From IMG/VR virus record IMGVR_UViG_3300021420_000014: a DNA stretch of 64,000 bases. One strand, written 5' to 3'. Each line of letters opens with the position of its first letter. Within the stretch, counting starts at the first letter, position 1. The DNA comes from a virus. Below, in pieces: positions 57,748 through 64,000 of the stretch. Made by a program: the position numbers and the translations under genes. The notes under the pieces were generated by a model that saw only the letters and a program-made list of their open reading frames with translations, did no database searches and was not told the origin of the DNA.

Positions 57748-58171
57748 TGCTCGTTATTTTCACAAACGGCAACATCGAATACTACTTCGAGCGGCGTCGC
57801 TACGGCAGCCGAGCCTTCTTCACTTGGCTGAACTATCGGGTGAAGCCTAACACGGCCTGGAAGAGCTTCGGCGATCCGTGGCCCAAACAACATCTAAGCC
57901 GAGCGGAGTTACAGTCCGCATTGGCTGAGATCTCAAAGAAGGCGGAGGCAAAAGCGAATGATATCTGACAAGAAGTACATTGCGGCAGCACGTAGGCTGT
58001 ACAACGAGGAAGGGACCATCGAAGTGGACGAAGACAGCGGACAACTGCCCAAGGGCAGAGTGAGCCGCGGAGAAGATGCCGGTGCCTATGTCATGGCCTG
58101 GGTTTGGGTGCCAGCACACGAGGCCAAAAAAGAAGTGGCCAAGAAAACGCTAGTAAGACGCTAGGCCGAAC

Positions 58172-58411
58172 ATGGAGACGGCCAAACGCAAACGCAAACT
58201 GGTTGAGGCTCAGGAGATGGTCAAGGCCACGCTCAAGCGTATCCGTCGCCTGAATACGTCGCTCAAGAATTGGGAGCGGCGCGCCAAGATGCATGAGAAG
58301 GCACTGGCAGCAGAGGAAATTGCAGCATTGCACCGTAGGATCGCGGAGCTAGAACTGCGGCCACGGCGAATCATACAATTCGAGAAAACGGAGACTAAAA
58401 ATGATGGGTGA
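58172..58411 (+). CDS. small coiled-coil protein with RPRRIIQF tag
   Basis: Heptad-rich helix then ELRPRRIIQFE. Confidence 0.6.
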   Translation: METAKRKRKLVEAQEMVKATLKRIRRLNTSLKNWERRAKMHEKALAAEEIAALHRRIAELELRPRRIIQFEKTETKNDG

Positions 58412-58799
58412 AAAATGATCTGCCAATTCAATTGTGAGAATGAAGCTGTTGGCGAAGTAACTGCAAGGCCTCTCAGTACAGACCAAACTTACTACGCTTG
58501 TCAGCATCATCTAGAAGAAATTCGCAAGGCTGGCAAATTCAAAGTATCACTTGGTGAAGGTAGTAGCTTGGAACTCATCGTTTCCGAAATGCATCTTTGG
58601 ACCAAAACATGACCGAACCCATTCGCATCATCTTGGAAGGCGGTCTCATTCAGGAAATCCGCAACATTCCTGACGGCGTAACGATTGAGGTATTCGATTA
58701 CGACGTCGAGGGCTCAGGCCGTGACCATCCAAATGTAATCAAGGATGAGCAAGGTGAGTATGTCTTTCACAACATTTACGACAGGAGCGGCCAGATCAA

Positions 58800-59753
58800 A
58801 TGAGCCAATCCAAAATAGATTTTCCTCAACCCTTGACGGAACGGTACAGGCCCAAGCGAGTTGCAGACTTTATCGGCCTCATCAAACCCAAAAAGATCAT
58901 GGAAGCATTCGTACATAGGCCATTCGATGCTGCTTTCTTATTTGTTGGGCAGTCGGGCGTAGGGAAAACCACGTTCGCCATGGCCGTCGCCAACCAAATT
59001 CAGGCGGAAACACATTTAATCCCGTCACGATCTTGCGATCTAGAAATGGTCGAGACTGTCACGAGGATGTGCTATTTCGCCGCATTTAATTTTACAACAG
59101 GCAAACCAGCGGCTTGGCACGCAGTAATCTGTGATGAAGCAGATCAAATCACTAATGCCGCTCAACAGGCCTTCCTGTCAAAGCTGGATGCAACAGCCAA
59201 ACCACCTAGCACGGTGTTCTTTTTTACTTGCAATAGCACGGCAACTTTAGAAGATCGGTTCCTCTCTCGCTGCCGCATATTGCCATTTGAGCGCGACACA
59301 CTTGAAGGTGAAATAGAGCATTATCTACGGCGAATTTACAAGAAGGAAGGTGGACGACATCCACTAGATTTTGAGGCCATAGCAAAGGCTTCATCTTACA
59401 ATGTGCGCGACGCACTAAATAAGATAGAAATGGAACTGATGATTGGTACTGATCGAGACGATCTGCCTTCGGAGGATATTAAGATCGTCGAAAATCATAC
59501 TCATTCATGCCCGAAATGCCACCAGGGATACAAGCATAACGACCCACTTTGTGAATTGCCTTTTAGGCATATTTGCGAGCCGTGCGGTGGAGCAAAGACG
59601 ATCGGAACTCTTAGGGCACAAAAGGCCTGGACGACAATTAGGAAGAACATAGCTGAAGAAATTGAGCGTGAGAAAGGGGCCAAGCCATGCCGTACCTTGC
59701 CCAACCGCTCCTTGCCGCGCCGCACCCGGGCACGCCTGACCCCAACAAGCTAA
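58800..59753 (+). CDS. clamp-loader-clade AAA+ ATPase (RFC/DnaX/RarA-like) with C-terminal zinc finger
   Basis: LTERYRPK, GQSGVGKT, ICDEAD, SRC motif, VRDAL. Confidence 0.85.
   Translation: MSQSKIDFPQPLTERYRPKRVADFIGLIKPKKIMEAFVHRPFDAAFLFVGQSGVGKTTFAMAVANQIQAETHLIPSRSCDLEMVETVTRMCYFAAFNFTTGKPAAWHAVICDEADQITNAAQQAFLSKLDATAKPPSTVFFFTCNSTATLEDRFLSRCRILPFERDTLEGEIEHYLRRIYKKEGGRHPLDFEAIAKASSYNVRDALNKIEMELMIGTDRDDLPSEDIKIVENHTHSCPKCHQGYKHNDPLCELPFRHICEPCGGAKTIGTLRAQKAWTTIRKNIAEEIEREKGAKPCRTLPNRSLPRRTRARLTPTS
59678..59742 (-). repeat. 13-unit NGGYN pentanucleotide array (candidate small RNA)
   Basis: - strand: gggtc aggcg tgccc gggtg cggcg cggca aggag cggtt gggca aggta cggca tggct tggcc. Confidence 0.75.
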
Positions 59754-59968
59754 GGATATCACATACCTTGGGAGGCATGATATAGTTATGGCAATGACTC
59801 TATCGATCACTGCATATAAAAAATGGGAAGTGGACACAGTCGTTAAGTTCAACGACAGCCCGCGGCATCTTGCGCTGATGGCCTTCGCTATGACCCTTTC
59901 CCCTTCGCAGAGGATCTGGTTCGCGATATGGCTCGCCGAACTGAATATCAAAATGATCAAGCGGGCAC

Positions 59969-61597
59969 ATGAGTAAAGCTGAAGTATTGGCAGCCGATTT
60001 ATTTTGCGGCGGTGGAGGCACGTCTACCGGACTTGCCCAGGCATGTCTTTTGCTGAATCGCAAACTGAAACTGTTGGCAATCAACCATTGGGACGTCGCC
60101 ATCGACACCCATTCGACCAATCATCCATTAGCCAAGCACCTGTGCCAATCCATAGATAACGTAGAACCACGCAAAGCAGTCCCTGGTGGGCGGCTCCATA
60201 TTTTGGTGGCCTCGCCAGAATGCACCCATCACAGTAACGCCCGTGGCGGCAAGCCAATGTCAGAACAAAGCCGTGCCTCGGCTTGGCACATTTTGCGTTG
60301 GGCTGAAGCACTCTATATTGAGAACATCATCATCGAGAACGTCCGCGAATTCCGTACATGGGGGCCGATTGGCGCAAATGGGCGTCCGATCAAGCGGCTC
60401 CGCGGTCATCTCTATATCCAATTCCTGAATAGCCTTAGGGCTCTAGGTTATAACGTCGAGGATCGCATCCTAAATGCGGCCGACTTCGGAGATCCGACGA
60501 CACGTGAACGTCTCTTCATTATTTGCCGGCGAGGCAAACCAGTTTATTGGCCGGAGCCATGTTATGGCCCTCCGAATAAGGTAGCTGGCGGCAGTTTGAT
60601 CGATAGCAAACTGCAACCCTGGCGGACGGCACGCGGAGTCATTGACTGGTCGATCCCAGGCCAAAGCATCTTCACGCGCAAGCGGCCACTGGCCACAAAG
60701 ACGATTGCTCGAATCGCAGCTGGCCTTAGACGATTTGGCGGTGCGAATGCCGAACCGTTCCTAGTCGTGCTCAGAAATCATCAGCATTCCAGGTCGATTG
60801 ATCAACCACTTCCCACAGTAACTGGGAGCGGAGCGCATTTCGGACTATGCCAGCCATTCGTGATTGGCCAGCAATCGGGAGCCACGCCGCGTAGCGTAGA
60901 CGCGCCACTGCCGACTATAGCCGCAAAAGGTGCTATTGCGATGGTCGATCCTTTCCTTGTGGCTGTGAATCACGACGGGGAAAAGCGACGCTCGAAGAGC
61001 GTGGATGAGCCATTGCCGACAGTCACGACCAAGCGCAGCATGGGATTGGTGGAGCCGTTCATCCTTCCGCAATCATCAGAAGGGACGCCGCGATCGGTAG
61101 ATCGGCCGCTTCAGACGTTAACAACGACGAGCCGCGGAGTCGCATTGGTCGAGCCATTTCTTCTAAATATCGATCATCAAGGTGCCGATTCACCTTCGGT
61201 TAGGCCACTCGATGCTCCGGTCCCAACGCAGACAAGCAAGGCCAGGACCTGTCTTGTCGAGCCGTTTATCGCTAAGTTTAACGGCACGGCCAAAGCCAAT
61301 AGCGTTGATGAACCGCTCGATACCGTCACCACCAAAGACCGGTTCGCCTTGGTCACAACCGAGGCTGGCCAGTTCTATGTCGATATTCGTTTCCGGATGT
61401 TGCAGCCACATGAGCTAGCTCGGGCTCAAGGATTTGGCGATTCTTATACGTTTAAGGGCACGCGGGAAGATGTCGTACGGCAGATTGGCAATGCTGTTCC
61501 AGTAGCAACCGCTGCCGCCCTCTGTTCCGCGGTGCTTCAGGATCGCGCCGAGACAAAAGAGAGAAGGAGAGTACTATGTCGAACAAGAATCGCTTGA
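59969..61597 (+). CDS. dcm: DNA (cytosine-5) methyltransferase with internal repeats
   Basis: DLFCGGGG, SPECTHHS, ENV, RERLF, QIGNAVP; six SxDxPLPT-like repeats. Confidence 0.92.
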   Translation: MSKAEVLAADLFCGGGGTSTGLAQACLLLNRKLKLLAINHWDVAIDTHSTNHPLAKHLCQSIDNVEPRKAVPGGRLHILVASPECTHHSNARGGKPMSEQSRASAWHILRWAEALYIENIIIENVREFRTWGPIGANGRPIKRLRGHLYIQFLNSLRALGYNVEDRILNAADFGDPTTRERLFIICRRGKPVYWPEPCYGPPNKVAGGSLIDSKLQPWRTARGVIDWSIPGQSIFTRKRPLATKTIARIAAGLRRFGGANAEPFLVVLRNHQHSRSIDQPLPTVTGSGAHFGLCQPFVIGQQSGATPRSVDAPLPTIAAKGAIAMVDPFLVAVNHDGEKRRSKSVDEPLPTVTTKRSMGLVEPFILPQSSEGTPRSVDRPLQTLTTTSRGVALVEPFLLNIDHQGADSPSVRPLDAPVPTQTSKARTCLVEPFIAKFNGTAKANSVDEPLDTVTTKDRFALVTTEAGQFYVDIRFRMLQPHELARAQGFGDSYTFKGTREDVVRQIGNAVPVATAAALCSAVLQDRAETKERRRVLCRTRIA

Positions 61598-61959
61598 AGG
61601 CGGCGTCGCCGGCACAGATAAAGGAATACTACAAAAAAATTGGTGCCAAAGGCGGCAAGGCGCGCGCCAAGAAATATGACAGTGAGCAAAGATCGAAATG
61701 GTCCAGACACGCCATGAAGTCCGCGCCGCAATGTCTGAATGCTGTTCCCAAGCGTAAACGCCACTTAATTCGAGAGGCCCTTCTCGAACGCAAGGGCGAT
61801 CGCACAATTGGGGAATTGGCTAAAGAGATTGGTTGCAGTCTTTCCTATCTCTCTTATGTGCTTAAAGGCAAACGGCCGCCGGGACCGAAAATTCAACGTT
61901 ATCTCGGCGCGGAAACGCTCAAAGCATTAGGACTTGAGCCTCCAGGGAAGGCTGCATGA
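61576..61959 (+). CDS. XRE-type HTH regulator
   Basis: TIGELAKEIGCSLSYLSYVLKGKRPP; AAGGAG SD. Confidence 0.7.
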   Translation: MSNKNRLKAASPAQIKEYYKKIGAKGGKARAKKYDSEQRSKWSRHAMKSAPQCLNAVPKRKRHLIREALLERKGDRTIGELAKEIGCSLSYLSYVLKGKRPPGPKIQRYLGAETLKALGLEPPGKAA

Positions 61960-62140
61960 AGCGCAAGATTCCAAAGTATGTGGAGAATGCAATCCTTTGG
62001 CTCTCAGATGATGGCGAGCGGCCTCGCGCTCTTTACAAATTGATGCCACACGCTGCCTATCGTGTCGGCGCAGGATTCCTGAATGCCGAAGCAGATAGGT
62101 TGCACGCCACGAATAAGGCGTTGCCAAAACAGAGGAACAA

Positions 62141-62791
62141 ATGACACTGCTACCATCACCGAAACTGAAACTGAAGACGGACAATCAATCGCTCGGCGAT
62201 AAAACAGCACTGCGGCGCAAACTCATCAAGCAGGCAGGGCTTGAGCCGTTGCGCGTTTTAGACCTCTTCGCGGGAGAAGGAACAATTTGGGGATCTTTGC
62301 GACAGCCGGCACGCTTAAAAAATGCGCCGGAAGCTCTGAACGTCGAAAGCTATACACCAATTGATTCTGTGGCTCGACAGCCAGGACAGATACGATTCAA
62401 GATCACGCCGCGATTGATCGCCGCGCTTGACGAAGGCGGTGGTTTGAGTAGATACAATTGCGTGGACGTCGACTGCTTTGGCGATCCTTTCGCGATCTGG
62501 CAAGCACTGTTATTTAGGATTCGAGTGCCAACAGCGGTGTTTCTGACGAGAGGCCGCGTAACCTACGGAGCCGGCAGGATGCCGATCTCCAAACTTGCAA
62601 AGAAGGTGATGGGCATCCCTGAAGAGTGGGACGTTCCAGGCAAGGTAGAGCTCATGGAGTATGGCGATCGGTGTCAATTATTGCAGCCATGTCCGACTGC
62701 GAAGATTGCCTTCGGTTACAAGATCACTTTGCGGCGCGTCGATTATTACGCTTTGCTGGTTAAACCAACGGAGGCACATGCCACCACTTGA
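62141..62791 (+). CDS. putative SAM-dependent methyltransferase
   Basis: VLDLFAGEG motif I; VDVDCFGDPF. Confidence 0.6.
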   Translation: MTLLPSPKLKLKTDNQSLGDKTALRRKLIKQAGLEPLRVLDLFAGEGTIWGSLRQPARLKNAPEALNVESYTPIDSVARQPGQIRFKITPRLIAALDEGGGLSRYNCVDVDCFGDPFAIWQALLFRIRVPTAVFLTRGRVTYGAGRMPISKLAKKVMGIPEEWDVPGKVELMEYGDRCQLLQPCPTAKIAFGYKITLRRVDYYALLVKPTEAHATT

Positions 62792-62999
62792 TTGTCCGGT
62801 ATGGCAGAGGATGCTGCGTCAATTTCTGATTGGCGAAGGCGGAATGTTGAGCATGGTTGTTTTAGAGCCATTTCAAAAACCATCGCTTCAGGATCGGTGG
62901 ATACGCACAGGCGACTCCATTTATCGTGCGAAGCTGACTCCGAAATTGCAGTATTTTCCAGTCGCAAAGCCATGAACACACACGCGCTGGTCAAAGTTG

Positions 63000-63029
63000 T
63001 TGACAGATCGTAGCTACTAACGCTAACAT
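63000..63029 (+). promoter_or_regulatory. sigma70-type promoter TTGACA-N18-TAACAT
   Basis: Shares TTGACAGATCGTAGC with 46944. Confidence 0.6.
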
Positions 63030-63064
63030 TAAACATCGCTAAATAAGTTGTGAAGGAGTGTGCC

Positions 63065-63844
63065 TTGGGAGAAACCACACGCATAAGCTGGGCTTTTAGG
63101 ACTTGGAATCCATTCGTGGGTTGTAGGCACGTAAATTCTGCCTGCGACCATTGCTACGCAGAAGTGATGATTAACCGCACACGTGGCAAGGGAGCATTCG
63201 ATACAGTGGTGCGCACCAAGACCTGGAATGACCCTATACGTTGGCAGAAGCAAGCTGAACGAGATGGGCTTTGTGATCTTGTATTTACTTGCAGTCTGTC
63301 TGATTTTTTCATTCAGCAAGCCGACGAATGGCGTCCGGAAATTTGGAGCATCATTCGCCGCACTCCAAACATGATCTATCAAATCTTGACGAAGAGGCCA
63401 GAGCTGATCGCCAAAAGACTCCCACCTGATTGGGGATCTGGTTACCGCAATGTTTGGCTCGGAACTAGCATAGGCATGAAGAAGCACCTCCGGGCATTGG
63501 ACGCTTTGCGTGACGTTCCAGCCTATGTCCGATTCATTTCAGCGGAGCCGCTTCTCGAAAATCTGATGCCCGAATTTGATCAGTCTCTAACAGGCTACTC
63601 TTGGTGCATCATCGGTGGCGAGTCCGGCAACAACACGAAGAATTTCCGGCCCATGGATCATCAGTGGGTGCGAGAAATGTTCGCAGCCTGTAAACGACGT
63701 AAGGTAGCTCGCTTTTTCAAGCAGAGTGCGGCTGTCCGAACCGAGATGGGAGTCGAGCTGGATGGCAGATTGGTACGCGAATATCCGAAACAGTATGACG
63801 ATTATCGCGACTTGATACGGAAAAGTACGCTGTCCTTCACATAG
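63065..63844 (+). CDS. DUF5131 (Gp37/Gp68) three-Cys radical-SAM-like protein
   Basis: TWNPFVGC..CDHCYAE, SLSDFF, LTKRPE, SAEPLL, GGESG; AAGGAG SD + TTG. Confidence 0.88.
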   Translation: MGETTRISWAFRTWNPFVGCRHVNSACDHCYAEVMINRTRGKGAFDTVVRTKTWNDPIRWQKQAERDGLCDLVFTCSLSDFFIQQADEWRPEIWSIIRRTPNMIYQILTKRPELIAKRLPPDWGSGYRNVWLGTSIGMKKHLRALDALRDVPAYVRFISAEPLLENLMPEFDQSLTGYSWCIIGGESGNNTKNFRPMDHQWVREMFAACKRRKVARFFKQSAAVRTEMGVELDGRLVREYPKQYDDYRDLIRKSTLSFT

Positions 63845-64000
63845 AAAACATGGCGCGCAAAATCATCTGGATATATGAATACTGGCGACATCACTGCGGT
63901 TATTGCGGTCGCACTTGTCCTGTGGCTAGCGATGGCCGCAATCTGTTTTGCTCCAATTGCAAGAGGTGGTAGCGATAAATGCAACTCTTCATTCACGTCC

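Noticed and set aside
59501-59960. Minus-strand ORFs 59501-59725 and 59505-59960
   Set aside because: Shadow ORFs containing pentamer-derived peptide, antisense to well-supported genes.
60780-61345. Six SxDxPLPT-like repeats in Dcm
   Set aside because: Real, but a familiar feature of this phage methyltransferase type, so not treated as novel.
1-64000. tRNA/rRNA genes, integrase, reverse transcriptase/DGR, DNA polymerase
   Set aside because: None recognised by eye; T-loop-like strings fall inside ORFs. A tRNAscan/Infernal run is needed to exclude RNA genes.

Overview
This window is part of a tailed dsDNA phage or prophage genome (siphovirus-like, probably with a diderm host). Almost all genes are on the + strand. 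1-24.7 kb is the virion/tail module: a 1096-aa Pro/Trp repeat protein, tail completion, tail tube, two paralogous tail chaperones, tape measure, DUF2460/DUF2163/NlpC-P60 tail-tip genes, and an intein-containing tail-tip protein split over two genes. Three antisense HNH genes, a GIY-YIG gene and three signal-peptide proteins are interspersed. 24.7-28.6 kb is a lysis/export module: holin, Tat lipoprotein, papain-like protease, secreted HNH-like protein and M15 endolysin. 28.7-64 kb is an early/middle region: RHH regulator, recombination genes, HerA-like ATPase, GDP-mannose epimerase-like enzyme, an AAA+/SWIM/DUF1257/DUF2997 cluster, Ku, WGR-ligase, clamp-loader-like ATPase, Dcm and DUF5131. The best candidate for an undescribed system is at 39-58 kb. 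A Ycf46-like AAA+ ATPase there has its Walker B segment placed before Walker A. It is encoded with three SWIM zinc-finger proteins, and eight proteins (the ATPase, the three SWIMs, Ku and three others) share a C-terminal motif (K/R)PRRxIx(F/L). Other signals are near-cognate start codons (ACG, CTG, ATT, possibly ATA), two related NGGYN pentamer arrays, and a covarying two-hairpin element at all three antisense HNH genes. All family assignments come from motif recognition by eye; no database searches were run.
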